A DNA stretch of 64,000 bases from Chara braunii (taxonomy: Eukaryota; Plantae; Charophyceae), in NCBI GenBank assembly GCA_003427395.1, contig BFEA01000001.1:5455069-5519068 (forward strand), written 5' to 3'. Of this stretch, positions 1-12,977 are shown one piece after another. The notes under the pieces are model-generated. The model had not been told where the DNA came from and made no database searches. It worked only from the letters and a program-made list of their open reading frames with translations. Numbering within the stretch: position 1 is the first letter of the stretch; each line of letters begins with the position of its first letter. The position numbers were made by a program, and so were the translations under genes.

Positions 1-103
1 CGGGGACCGAGCCGCTGAGCCCAAGAAAAGACCGTCCCGCCTGGAACCGGTTTCACCCCACGCCTGGCAGCCCCAACGTCGGTTGGGCTGCAAACTTCTA
101 ATC

Positions 104-300
104 TGGGCCGTTGGCCAACTGGCACCGGGCCAACGGCCCCGATTGCCCCGCAATCGTGAAGTTTAAGATCGTGGTGCAATCCGGGCCGTCGGGCCGGTAG
201 AACCTTGAACGGCCTGGATCGCCACGCGATCTTAAAATCTTAAGATCGCTGGGCAATCCGGGCCGTCAGGCCGGTCTTTCCGCAGACGGCCCGGATGCCA
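104..300. repeat. Cluster of GC-rich inverted and direct repeats, probably a DNA-transposon subterminal region
   Basis: gggccgttggcc...ggccaacggccc (104-139); tttaagatcg...atccgggccgt / acggcctggat...cgatcttaaa (162-236); unit repeated at 240-297. Confidence 0.5.
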
Positions 301-477
301 AAATTCTCACATTAGCGATTTTAATAAGTGTAGGGATCTGATTCCATCAGGATTCGAACTTGGGTCTGTTTGTCAACACAGATCAAAGAAAAGGGAAAGC
401 AAAAGAACAGCACAACACAGCAGAGCAAAACGAAACCAAAAGCAAAAGCAACAAAAGAAATGCATTACTTTCCTTAA

Positions 478-2069
478 ACCACCACTCTACCCGAGTTGGA
501 AAGTTGGGGGACCGGTAGCACAGGTTCATGAGGCTACCGGTAGCGTAGTGTGGAGAACTGGCACAGCGGCGACAATGGAAAATGCGATGAATTGACACCA
601 CGACCTATTTCGTGGTTGAAACAAAATTTTAAAATTTTTAAAATGTTTGCAATACCCCGCCTAATATGCCCTGAAGTGGCCCTCAGGCCACACGCAGGCC
701 GCAACCCCGGTCAGAGGCCACAAAGGCCAGGGGAGAAATTCCCTTGTTGACCCACGGCCTGTGCACCTGACAGTTGACTTTGGTCAACTGCCCAGCGGGC
801 CAAGAGTCAAAGCCGTATGTACCCAGCCCAGGCCGCCGGTCAGACACACACACTTGTTTGTATGCAGGTACCAAGACAGCATCAGAACCAAGTGACAGTC
901 TGCAACTGTACGCAATCCAGGCCCTCGGCTGTGAGTCAATCTGGGCCACCTTGGGTGAGGGAAGCCCGAGGGAGTGGGAAATGTTGGGCTACTCTCTGTG
1001 TGGTCATTGATGATTACTATCTCTTCCACCTTCTAATCTGTCTATTCCCGCTCCACTCTCTTCGTATACTGGAAACGAGACATTGTATCAGAGATCACAT
1101 TCATGATTATTGGGGAAATTGTTCAGAGTTGAGTTACTTTGTATTTCGACATCTGGCAAGTATCTTACAGACTGGGTTCGTTACATATTCTTCCTGGACC
1201 CTCCAATTTTCAGATTTTTTTACATCTTCTGAGCGTGAAAAATTGCTGAAATTGGGGTACTTTTTCCGTTGGCCCACAAGTTGTAGAGTGGCAAAAATGG
1301 AAATGTGATGAATTGGCGGCATTTATTTCATGGGCTACATGATTTTTTTTTTTTTCATTTTTCTGATATTTTTCGGAAGATCACCGCCTAATCTACAGGA
1401 TCTCAACTTTTCCAATTTTTTTCTCATTTTTTCTGAGCGCAAAAAATTGGTGTGTGAAAATTGCAGGAGTGGACCCGTGTGGCATACTGATACCACACTG
1501 GCACCAGTTAGGGCCCGGTTCTGTAGTAGGCACGGGTTAGGCCTAGGTACCGCGTCACGACGGTCCCAGCCAGGTCCAGGTAGGCCTAGGAACCGTCGGT
1601 TCAGATTAGAGTCCGGTAGGCCAGTTTAGACCCCACCAGACCTAACGGCTAGTTGGGTTAGGCCAGGTACCGTTCCATCGGTAGGACCGGCCAGCGGTGC
1701 AGTTTAGGCGCCACTTCATTTCAGATTCCGGAATCGGATCTGAACCATTGGGGCTGATCAACGGTCCAGACCCGAAGGCACCAGTAGTACTGAGGCCGGC
1801 CCAGCACTATATCAGCTGGGTACCAGCCTCAGTGGGGAGGTTAGTCTACAGGTTAGCGCTGCGTTTCGGCGTTAGCATGAGCAGAGTAGCGGAGAGAATT
1901 GGCGCAGCAGCAAGGAGGAATAGCACAGCCGCGATTTAGCGCGGCAGCGGAGTAGCGCCAGCCCTCTGGCCCAGCCCGCGGCCCAGCGCCCAGCCCTGCA
2001 GCACCACAGCTGCATCACCAGGTACCAGGGAGAAAGGCTTCGCCTTTCCTCCCTCTTCTTCCTCCTCCG

Positions 2070-2102
<33 letters not shown>

Positions 2103-2736
2103 CTCCTACCCTCTAAGTCTAAGTCAACTCTTGGGTTATTCCTAGTGGACTACTACGAGTATGAAGGATGGTTACGAGTTCTGATGATATTGGAGATAGC
2201 AACATTGAGACTGCAGGTTGAGGACTACTTTTGGGATCTGATTTCATCTACATCTGGAGATGTATCTTGACATTGTGAGATCAATATCTGAGACACTGTG
2301 AGACTCTGTATTCGCGACATTTCAGATTTTCGCTACTTCTGACATTTCCAGATACTATTTTTGGAAACATTGAGTTGACGTCATCTTCCCTCTCCTCCTC
2401 CCTTCGTCTCTCCTCCCCTCCATTCATCTGTGTATGAGAGTAGGCCCTGGCCTTTTCTTCCATGTCCAAGGCCAGGGCTTTCACACCACCAATGCATGTT
2501 TGTGAGAGATTGATTGCAGTCTGAGTCAGGTTTGAGTCAGTCCATGTGTATCAAAGTCTTCCGCTGTAATTGTACTTACTCTGTATTATCTGGTCGGTTC
2601 TGGGAATCTGCGCCATACTTATGACTATGCAACAACCCGCCTGCGCCTGCTGGTCGGCGCCCCCCCCCCCCCCCCACAAAAGACCCGGTCCGAACTGACG
2701 GGAATGCCACTTTTCGGTGTCGGGTAGAGTGGTGGT
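478..2736. mobile_element. Putative non-autonomous TIR DNA transposon with TTAA target-site duplication (piggyBac/Kolobok-type target)
   Basis: 17-bp perfect inverted termini accaccactctacccga (478-494) and tcgggtagagtggtggt (2720-2736), each flanked by TTAA (474-477, 2737-2740); no transposase visible. Confidence 0.5.
767..899 (-). CDS. Candidate internal exon of an unidentified host gene: (R)LSLGSDAVLVPAYKQVCVSDRRPGLGTYGFDSWPAGQLTKVNCQ
   Basis: ttgcag acceptor, CAG|gtgcac donor, open frame, phase matches exon 2856-2980. Confidence 0.5.
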
Positions 2737-2855
2737 TTAAGCGACAAGGACGTGTGGGGGGGGGGGAAGGGGGAGGAGGGGGAAGGAATTGAATAACCAG
2801 CAGCGCCACATACGGGTTGGCTTATTGAGAAAGAGTGCGCCATGAACATACATAC

Positions 2856-2980
2856 CTTGTAATGTCTGGCATGCAGGCAACGATCACCAAGCTAGTGTAG
2901 AGAAACGGCAGCGAAGCGGCAGGCTTGTTCTTACGAAGCCACATCAAGGATCCCAAGCTGGCAAGGGACAAGCTCAGAAT
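2856..2980 (-). CDS. Candidate internal exon of an unidentified, possibly membrane, protein: ILSLSLASLGSLMWLRKNKPAASLPFLYTSLVIVACMPDIT(R)
   Basis: Polypyrimidine tract plus tttttttggcag acceptor, AAG|gtatgt donor, open hydrophobic frame. Confidence 0.55.
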
Positions 2981-3679
2981 CTGCCAAAAAAAGGGGCAAA
3001 AAACAACAACAACGAATTCAGTCAACGTAAAATGTCATGGCCGTCTGTTTCGGCTAAAAGGATGACCAGCACTATTTATATGCAGACTGCTAAAGGTCAG
3101 TTTTTAAATTATTTTTAGGTCAAATTGTGCTGCCACGAAAGCGCACAACGCACCTACCAGATCAATAATAAACATTCAAACAAGCACCAAGTAATATCAT
3201 CACAAATGATATTGGCCACAAATGACACCGGTGCAGATGATGATTGATGCAAATAGCGAACGCTAGCAGCAAGACAGTAACATCCTCAAGAAACGATGGC
3301 AGCGGAACAATCAAGACATCCTAGGCGCGAGAGACCACGCTGCAAACAAACAATCAAAGGCACATTGCAAACAAACAATCAAAGATACATTGCAAACAAA
3401 CAATCAAAGACAGACTCAATCAGCCGCACAAAATACAACGGAGAGGGGCTATCCGAGAGAGAGAGCGTACCAAATTTGCGTTTGCCTCCACACCCTGCAG
3501 CAGATGATCCCATGTGAATTCTAAGCCTCTGGCCCCAACCCAAAGTGGCGCTAGACGATGCACCAGCGAGTCAGCGAAAGCCCAACCTGGCAGACAACAC
3601 CAAACACCGAAGAACATATTACCAATCAAAAACCGAACGCACGACCACACGCAACGACCAAAGTACCCAAGACTTGTGG

Positions 3680-4642
3680 TGAACTTTCAAAACTGGGTTC
3701 ACCTCATAAACCAATATGCAAGGAATATGAGCGACAGCGATAGACAGAAATCCAAATTGCAAAATCAAGTCCGAATAGTCATGTACCAAGCAGGGAGCAC
3801 AATGCACCAACATACCATCCAAATAAAAGCAATACAATGAACTCGAATGTCAATGCCGACGCTCTCTGGCCACACCAACACAGCATCGAATGTCGCTCCT
3901 ACTGTCTGGCACCCAGCACCCAGCGCCCAGCATACGTCCATGCAACAGGATCACTTCGACGTTAAAGATCAATGCACGTGACGTCAACACCAATGCAGAC
4001 CGCCAGCGCACACCAGGTACGTTTCTCTCCTCCCCTCATCACACCGCTCTGCATGCGCCTCCTACCCGAAGATCACCATCGCCATCACCTTCCACCACAG
4101 CGCCCTCTCACCTCTCTGCGCCCGTGTGCGCCCTGGCCGGCTAGCGCTATCACAGCAGCGCTTGGCAATGCAGCAGCATGGCCACGATGCCTGCCTAGTC
4201 CAGAATCACCTTGCCTGGGCAGGGCACTTTCCTTCATGGAAAGTGCAGCCCTGTCTGGCTGCGTGGGCCTGGCTGGGCAAGTTTCCAGTAGCTTCCAGTC
4301 AGGCACCAGTGTCTGCGCCAGGCCCACCTTTGCTGCTACGGGCCTGGACCCTTTACAGTTGGGCACGTCCAGGCAGCCCTCCAGGCTCCAAGTGTTTGCC
4401 GCATTCTCATTCGCTCGCAGTAGACGTGTGACGGCAATGCTGCATTCTCTATGGCTCGAGGCCACTGCGTGATGTGTCGACCTCCCATCACGTGTGCCCA
4501 GGCGCAACTTCCTGAACCCTGGGCTCAACTGTACGTCGCAGCTGGCCAGACTGCACTTAGGGCAGGCACAAAGCTTGCTCGGGGCCACACCCCAGAACAT
4601 TTGCATGCCCGAGAAGGGCCTAGCGAGGGCCCATTCCTCGCA
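3680..4642 (-). repeat. 3' LTR of a minus-strand Ty3/Gypsy chromovirus (left boundary not resolved)
   Basis: Starts TGCGAGGAATG on minus directly after the PPT; homologous to 11330-12468. Confidence 0.7.
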
Positions 4643-4656
4643 TTTCATCTCCCTTA
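4643..4656 (-). promoter_or_regulatory. Polypurine tract (PPT)
   Basis: taagggagatgaaa on minus immediately before the TG of the LTR. Confidence 0.65.
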
Positions 4657-4681
4657 GCTTCGAAAGTCCGCTGAGATGCTT

Positions 4682-4912
4682 CTACGCAGGTGCTTTCCCC
4701 TTCGACTTTCGTTCACACTCGGCAGCGATTTGAGGTGTTGTTCGGACAAGCTCCTCTTTTGTGAACCAACGTCCTTCCTTGGGATCCGTATGATGCCTGA
4801 ATCTGACCCAGTACTCCCTCATAGGTTTTGGCGGTCTTCCCCTGCCTACAGGCTTGGGTACAAGCAAGTCTATATGTTCCACGATATCGTCGACATCCAC
4901 ATGGCCATCCAC
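4682..4912 (-). other. Chromodomain-like C-terminal domain containing an AT-hook (GRGRPPK)
   Basis: DVDDIVEH...REYWVRF...RWFTKEEL matches the chromodomain pattern; first cage aromatic absent (group II-like). Confidence 0.7.
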
Positions 4913-7900
4913 CAGGGATTCTTATGACGTAAGAGGGCCCATCCAAATCACTACCCACAATATGTAGGACTTCCCAAGAGCCAAAATACTGTGCCATCAG
5001 TTTCCTAGAGATTCTCAATAACTGTCCCAATTCGCTAGCCTTTACCGAGACATGTTCCCCTACATGAAATGTGGACTGTCACCTGTGTTTGTTTTCAGAG
5101 GCAATCATGGCCTCCTGAGATTTTCTGATGTGCTCTACAGCCTGCTGCAACAATTTATCATACTGTACACCAAACTCTATGGTTCCAGGAGTTGCAGCTG
5201 GTCCATTTCCAGGAAGAAGGAAGTCCAGTGCAGATCTAGGCTTCCACCCCAAATGCAGCCCGTTCGAACTGACGCCGGTGGTGTTGTGGCACACACAATC
5301 TTTTAAACCCTGCTTTTTCAAGGAAGAGTAACCCATCCACCAACACAAACTCGTCAGATGTGGCCTTATCTTTGACCTTTAGCCTGTGTATGATGTCCAT
5401 CATGATTGGGTCTTCCTTGTAGGCATCCACCAACGATCGAGTTACTTCATCAGATAGGCCAAACTCAGTAATTAGTGCACCTAGGTAGTCTGCCCCGCAC
5501 GAAAGCGCATCAGCAACCTTGTTGTACCCTCCCTTCACAAAACCTAGCTTGAAGTCGTACTTGTCTATGACCTCAATCCAGCGTTTGAGTGCATCAAAGA
5601 GAACAGGCTGCATCTTAATCCACTTAAGGGTCTCACGGTCAGTTCTCAAGTAGAAGAACCTTCCCAACAGATAGTGCCTCCAATGGACAAGAGCCTTGTA
5701 AAGGGCGTAGAGTTCCCTCTCATAGTTAGACTTCGCCAACTTCTTAGATGGCATATTTTTGCTCATGAATTCGACCGGCCTCAACTTATTCCCTTCCTGC
5801 TGAGCCAGAACTGCGCCAATGCCATATTGGCTTGCGTCAATTGTCACACGAATGGCTTTTTAGGATTTGGAAGCATGAGAATCTCATGATGCATGAGCGC
5901 ATATTTGAAACATTCGAAGGCTACCTCACATTCGTTTTTCCATTCCCATGGCATGTCAAGGCGTGTTAGATCAGCCAAAGGGGAGGCCACAAAACTATAA
6001 TTCGTATCAAAATTGCGATAGTAGCCGATCATCCCGAAGAATGATTTGACCTCAGTCACAGGCTAAGGTCGTGGCCAGTCACGAATGCTAGCCACCTTCG
6101 CATCTTTGGGCCTAACCCCATCCGTAAATACTTTATGACCCAAGATCTTTGTGAGTCCAAACTCACATTTCTCATGATTGATCTTATATTTGTGCTGTTT
6201 AAGGAGGTTTCGCACAAGATCTAAGTGTTGCGCATGCTCCTCCACTATCTTACTAAAGATGAGAACATCGTCGAGGTACACGTAAACTTATCCAAGTAGT
6301 CATGAAAAATCTGATTCATAGCGTGCTGAAAGGTGCCAGGAGCATTGCAACGGCCAAAAGGCATCACCACAAACTCGTACAAACCGTACCTGGTATGAAA
6401 TGTGGTTTTGTGTTGGTCCTCCGGTCTGATGGCAATTTGATGGTTGTCAAACTTGAGATCTATCTTGGTGAAGTACTTACATCCCTCCACTCTATCCAGT
6501 AGGTCATCGATACGGGGTAGAGGCTTTGAATTCTTAACGGTGATGGCATTCAAGCCTCTATAATCAATGCACATCCTTAATGATCCCCTCTTCTTCGGGA
6601 CGAAAAGAACTGGTGCGCCGAAGGGGGATGGGGGATGTTCTAGGCCGAATCCAACCCTTCTCTGTGAGCTCTTTCAATTGCCGACGGAGTTCGTCCAACT
6701 CAGATGGAGCCATCCTATCGATTCTCCGCCTCGGTGTCTTGCTACCTGGGATGATCTCTATGACTTAACGGCCTCCCCTTTCTCAGAAACAAATATTAAG
6801 AACACGCCCCCCTTTTGGTTTTGTTTATAATAATTGTAAAACGCAAATGCACACATGCACCCGTAGGGGTCAACTAACCTGCTAGCTCTATACTCAGCTA
6901 GTCTTACGGTCCTCCAATCAGGCAACACATGCTTTAGCACTTTCCGGCCCCAATCCTAACAATATGTCAAATGGTAAGTCATCACTAACTAGGAACGAAA
7001 TCTGGTGATCAAGTTTCCCACCTCCATAAGATAAGGTGCAGACCACGTCCTTGACGTAGTCCTTAACCATCATGCGCTCTTTGTTGGCTAGATGCTACAA
7101 GTTTACTCAAGCGCTGCACCCGATCCCCTAGGCATAGTCTCTCAACGCAATCGCGACTTACGAAGTTTCGTGTGGAGTCGATGTCTACAAAAGCACCACA
7201 CTTGCGGCCACCTACACCAACTTCCACAACGAAATGCTCCCCTCTAGGACCTCTTGAAAGTGCCACCCAAGACTCACGAGGGTCTCTGCCGACCAATCAG
7301 TTTCTAAGTCTTCTAAGGCTTCGGACACATCTAACGAATACAAAATTGTTTGGTGACTAGCGAGTCAATAGCTTCGGCCAACTCCTGAAGTTGTAAACAT
7401 ACACCAACCACTTCAGCATGGCCAGATGTGTTTCCCTCGGTTGTGCTCGTAGAAGCACCACCCTAGGCAGCAGATCCCCCAGAACCACCTTTGGGAGGAA
7501 TCTTCTGAGAGACCTTTGCGTTCTTGCACCTAAACTGCTGATGGCCATTGCAACTGATGCAAGCTCCTCACAAATAACGGTCCCTCCACACATCTTGATC
7601 CAGGCCAACCCTCACCCACACCGAAGTGTTATTTGAGTTTTGAACCTGCCCCTAACTCTTTTGCTGGCCGCTCTTGCCGCGGCCAGCAACCTTTCCTTTG
7701 GTTATTGCAGTGAGGGCTACCCTCCGCACTATCTTCGCTGCCTAACTCTGTCTCTTCCACAAGATCGGAGAGGTCATCGATCTCGGTTTGATTCCCATCA
7801 AAATCAACCATCATCAGTCGACTACCTTTCTTCTTCCACTCTTGTGGAACCTTCTTCTTCCTCCCGTCTACAAAGCTATTTGTCGAGCCCCTCCCGACTT

Positions 7901-8369
7901 TACCTCTAAGTCTAAGGCCTTGTTGCTAAATGTCTCAAGGGTGTCATATTTGATACTGGCCTCACTAACCATCAAATCCTTGATATATGTGGGAAGACAT
8001 TTGAAGAACATGGTTAGGAGGACTTGGGGATCGTAGCGAACTTCCGAAACTACCACCAGTTTCTCTACGGCACCGGTGAGGTCACACACGATCTTGTACG
8101 TCTCTTAGTATCAAGACGGGCCAAGGCATCAGTGGCTTACTGAGCCTAGCAAGGCACTAAGGGTTGTGCCACCGCGCCTCTACCAAGTCCATAAAGATTT
8201 CTAAAGTTTGGGTCTGGGCCCAGTCGTTCATTCGTCTGGCAAATCCTTTGTTCACTATGTGCCCATTCAGCCATCTCGCTGCGGATCCTTCTAAGTAAGA
8301 AGCGGCAGTGATCACCTCCTCCTCACACAGAGTACACTTGGCCCTTACCCACAATGGAACTGTCCACAA
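4682..8369 (-). pseudogene. Degenerate Ty3/Gypsy chromovirus gag-pol: gag, protease, RT, RNase H, truncated integrase, chromodomain
   Basis: gag AASYLEGSAARW; protease-like GAFVDIDSTRNFVS; [28 protein letters not shown]; RNase H DASQYGIGAVL, ERELYA, VADALS; integrase C-terminus HNTTGVS; many stops and frameshifts. Confidence 0.92.
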
Positions 8370-9029
8370 CCAAGTGTCTAGGCCCCGATTTCAGTCTTGT
8401 CCCTGCGGTTTCCTATTTCTAATCTACCCCTCCCGGGAGCACAGCAAACACANNNNNNNNNNNNNNNNNNNNNNNNNNNNNNNNNNNNNNNNNNNNNNNN
8501 NNNNNNNNNNNNNNNNNNNNNNNNNNNNNNNNNNNNNNNNNNNNNNNNNNNNNNNNNNNNNNNNNNNACCCGTTTTTTTTGCATGATTTGTCTCCTTTTG
8601 ACCGGGCTGGAGTGGGATAGGTGATCCTCCTCGCGAAAATCGGGGTTGATCAACTCTTTAGCATGAAGGGATGTGGCCCCATGTGGAGTTCGGGTGCTTA
8701 GGGGTTCTATGTTGGTAGATTCCTTGTTTCGGCGCATCTTGATACTCCTTCGGTTGGATGATGCCTCAAGGGCAGTAGGTCAATCCTTCTCTCGTGTAGA
8801 GAAGTAATCAATGCCTCTGCCCTTCGCGGAGATATAGGCTGGGCCGCGATTTCGTGCAGATTGGATCGTAGGTGAAGCACGACTATACATTGCACTATGC
8901 AATGAACATAGACCACATCAGGGGTTGGGTTCAGTGTCTCGTTTGATCGATGGGATGACATCTGCTGCGGTTTGCTGTGGAGATACGATTGATTAGCTGA
9001 ATAAGGATGTCCCCTCCCGTGACATGGAC

Positions 9030-9885
9030 ACCATATAGGGACGCTGGACCTGAATTCCAGCTGACACACACCACATCATTGTACAGGGAAGCTGACTCGA
9101 CTCCTAACATATTACGCACATCATGCACACATCTGGCACTCATCATGCACACAGACCCCATCAGGGGTAGGGTTTGGTGCTTGGCCTGAATGCTAGGATT
9201 AGGCTCAAGGTCATACAGTGGTCTGATTGCTAGGATTAGGCTTGATGTCATATAGGGATTGATGAACATATAGGAAGCTGGGTATGATTTCCAGCGCACA
9301 CACATTGCATCAATGTCAGGGATTCGTCTCCTGGTCTGATAGATAGGTTTTTCTATGACACCTCAACATATCATTGTATAGGGAAGCTGGTTGACTTCCA
9401 GCTCAAACACGTTATACACATCACATCAAGGTTAGGGTTTCGTCTGATAGATAAGAATGGGCTCGATGCCTCAATTTGTTTTGTAGATTCTATAGATCAC
9501 ATGGATAGGGTTCCCCCATCATCTGAAACATACTGCAACATACTGCTTAAATGTGCATACATAGGTAGTTGGAGATGTCAACATATCTTTGCATAGGGAC
9601 GCTGGACCCGATTTCCAGCAGATACATTCACCTACACCATACATAGGTAGTTGGAGATATCAACAAATCTTTGCATAGGGACGCTGGACCCGATTTCCAG
9701 CAGATACATTCACATCATTGTACAGGGATGCTGGACCCGATTTCCAGCAGGTGCAGCTCCCCACCAATAGATGGAGCCTTAGTTGGAGATATCAACAAAT
9801 CTTTGCATAGGGACGCTGGACCCGATTCCCAGCAGATACATTCACATCATTGTACAGGGACGCTGGACCCGATTTCCAGCAGGTG
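9030..9885. repeat. Degenerate array of about 9 units containing the palindrome GCTGGA-N7-TCCAGC
   Basis: Copies at ~9043, 9091 (degenerate), 9277, 9386, 9601, 9683, 9730, 9815, 9862, mostly preceded by agggac or agggaa. Confidence 0.8.
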
Positions 9886-11329
9886 CACACGCATACAAGC
9901 ACACAGCAATGTCACACAGAACAAGGAAATCTCTGCCAGTTGTGATGATGGCTAGCATTAACCACCATCACAAAACACTCCCAACAAACAGTGTGCTGGT
10001 TGCTGGTCAGGACGAAAGAACAACAGGAATCACAGACAAGCACCCATTCGTAATAAGTATTAGTTAATACTAAATAGTCTATGCTGCCATAAGGTAGGGC
10101 ATACCCTTTTAACCCCCTCTAGTCACTGTTTATACCCCCCAGATCCCCCATCACCAAAACGGAAGGTAAGGCCAGATTCTGACTGCTCAGGCCAAGCACA
10201 GTCCTGTCCTGACGTCAGTTTTTTATCCCCTTGGGATCCTTGCCTCTTTTCCAACCTGCCTGGTTTTGCCGGGCGACCCCCTCCCTGCCCAGCTGGCCCA
10301 GGCATGCCTGGCAGGGTGACGGCCCAGCGTAATTAATAATAACATTCCGGGCTGCGAAACCGACATCATACCTACCGCTCGTGCACAGGGGCAGACGGAT
10401 GATCTTCAACGTAAAGTGAGCGGGCGGTTTGCTAAGTCCAGAAAACATCGCTTTTCCACAGGAAATCACCAATGTCAATCGAGGCATGGATCATGGTGTC
10501 ATTGCCCCACAGTTCCCAGTGTCAGTGGCATGCACAACGGCCATGCAGTGACCAGGTTCATGCACAATGCAGGCAGAGACATGAGGCCGAGGAAGGCACT
10601 CACCAGGCAATTACACTCACCAGTCCTTAGTCATAGAGAAATGCCCCGTGAACCGTAGGCAGAAAGGAAGAAAAGGACACGAAACGGGGCGCTGTGAAAG
10701 ACTGTTTGGCCCCCCATGCGGCGTAGGCAGCATGGGAAGTTTGACGGACAAGAAATGGGGGGCTGTGACAGACTGTTTTGTCGAAGTTTCACCAAGTTAT
10801 CAGGAGTATATATCTTCATTTTACTAATTTATTTATCCTTGTTTATGAACCTCATTTCACTATAGAGAGTCGTCAAATCGGATGGTCTGTGTACCGAAGA
10901 TGCAGGCACCAAGGTGCACTCTGGCAGTGGGAATTATGGAATCAAGTTCCGATCAATGGTGATCATGGATCGGGGCTTGTCCGTGATGTGAAAGTGGGCA
11001 ACCACTTCCTTCTCCCATCGACAATGGGATTGACTTTTTTTTTTTGAAGGGCGTTCAAACTGACCGGCTACGGGTAAAATCAGAGTTAATTTACTCAACT
11101 GATTCCATCTGGATTCAAACTGAGGTCTGTAGTTTTCAACAGGTCGTTGGAGGCCAGTTGGTGAAACGGGATTGATTTCTACAATTTCACATACGACAGA
11201 GCTTTATCGACCTCAGCCTTCTCTTTCTCAGAAAGCGGAAACTTAGCCATTATTATTATGCTATCCAATAAAAAAAAGCACAGCCTTAACACCCCAACAA
11301 CAATTGCAGATCTCAGCAGAAACGCTATA

Positions 11330-12468
11330 GGCTTTAAACTCACGACACCTAATTCAACCACACTGCACGGAATATCAGCGATGACCAAGTTGCAAATTCA
11401 CGCAGAAGTCCAGATAGTCACGTGACAAGCAGAGAGCTCAAATGCACCGAGATTCCATCCAAATAAGAGCAATACAATGAACTGGTGAGCCAATGTCCAA
11501 GCCCTCAGGCCATACCAACGCAGTATTCAATGTCGCTCCTACTGTCTGGCGCCCAGCGCCCAGCCTACTCTACTCATCCTATCAAAGCCTATCTACATTT
11601 GTGCAACAGGCTCACTTCGACATCGAAGACCAATGCACATGACGTCAACAGCAATGCTGACCTCCCACATACGCCAGGTGCGTACTCTCGACTCCCCTCA
11701 TCACCCCTTGTCCACCATGACCTGTGCCTCCTTCCTGAAGACCACCGTTGCCCATCACCCGCTCGCGCCCCTGCAGCCCAGTTATGGCCGCTTGGCACCC
11801 CGCTGCCCTGCAGCACCCACACCTCTCAGCGCCCGCGCGCGCCCCAGCCAGCATTAGCGCATGCAGACACTTGCGCGTTTTCGCAGCAACGTGTCCCCAT
11901 TGCCTGCCTAGGCCAGCATCCCCACACTGGCTGGCCTCTTCCCTGTATGGGGGTCACTGCTGCTGCTGGCCTGTCTGGGCCTGGCCGTGGAAGTTTCCAG
12001 TAGCTTCTGATCGGGCCCCAGTGTCTGCGCCCAGGCCCATGTCTACGGTTGAGGGCCTGGGCCCTTTTCAGTTGGGCGCACCCAGGATCGTCCAGGCTCC
12101 GACGCTGTGCTTGCATTGGCCCGCTGGGTTGGTGTGCCGCCACAATGCTGCTTTCTCATTGGCCTGCGGCCACTTCATGATGTGTCGGTCTCACACTGCG
12201 TGTGCCCAAGGCGCAACCACCTGCGTCCTGGGCTCAACTGCCTGACGCAGCTGCTTCTTCTGGAAGAGTCCAGGGTGAGGCCCAGGTTGCACTTCAACCA
12301 ACTGGCGTGCAGCAACTGTCTGATACCCACATTGCAAAATGCTGAGAATAGGGCCTCTCGTGGGTATTCAGACCCGCCTTCACTTAGGGCGGGCACGAGG
12401 CTTGCTGGGAGCCACAGTCCAGAACGCATGCATGTTGTCTAGGGCCCCACGAGGACACATTCCTCACA
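11330..12468 (-). repeat. Second, diverged LTR of the same chromovirus family (5' LTR or independent solo LTR)
   Basis: Starts TGTGAGGAATG on minus at 12468; colinear similarity to 3680-4642 with many mismatches and indels; no PBS or TSD found. Confidence 0.65.
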
Positions 12469-12892
12469 ACACTAAGATTAATTAACTCAAGTTCAATTAA
12501 GGCCGATTTCACACTCACCAAGACCGACTGCCTGAAACTTGTTGTTGTGCGAGATATTTCGATGCGTCAGCTGTGTCAGCGCGACATAAATTCCAGCAAG
12601 GTCTAGAAACCCGATCAAGGCCTTCAGAAGCTCCTATCCATCCCATCATTTCAAACAACAACAACAACAACAACAGAACCACCACATCATGCAGAAATGA
12701 GAAGTGCAGGCGATTTTCAGTACACATCCAGATGATCCCCGGTAGTGGATCCACTGAGAACTTCATTCAGAGATAACATACTTCATTATACCTGTGAAGT
12801 CAACCTTGTCTGTGCAACGGTACCTCCATTCCTTTCACACTCACACGTCTGCCGACATAGGCAGACATTTTTTTAGTAGAACAATCCTCTTC

Positions 12893-12894
<2 letters not shown>

Positions 12895-12974
<80 letters not shown>
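12895..12974. repeat. (CT)n microsatellite
   Basis: Direct reading; similar tracts at 13871-13932, 48657-48737, 48841-48882, 48978-49076, 63445-63489, 63728-63776. Confidence 0.95.

Positions 12975-12977
<3 letters not shown>

Noticed and set aside
3680-12468. Intact two-LTR chromovirus suitable for dating
   Set aside because: LTRs are strongly diverged, no PBS or TSD found, and a gap plus unrelated sequence lie between gag and the second LTR
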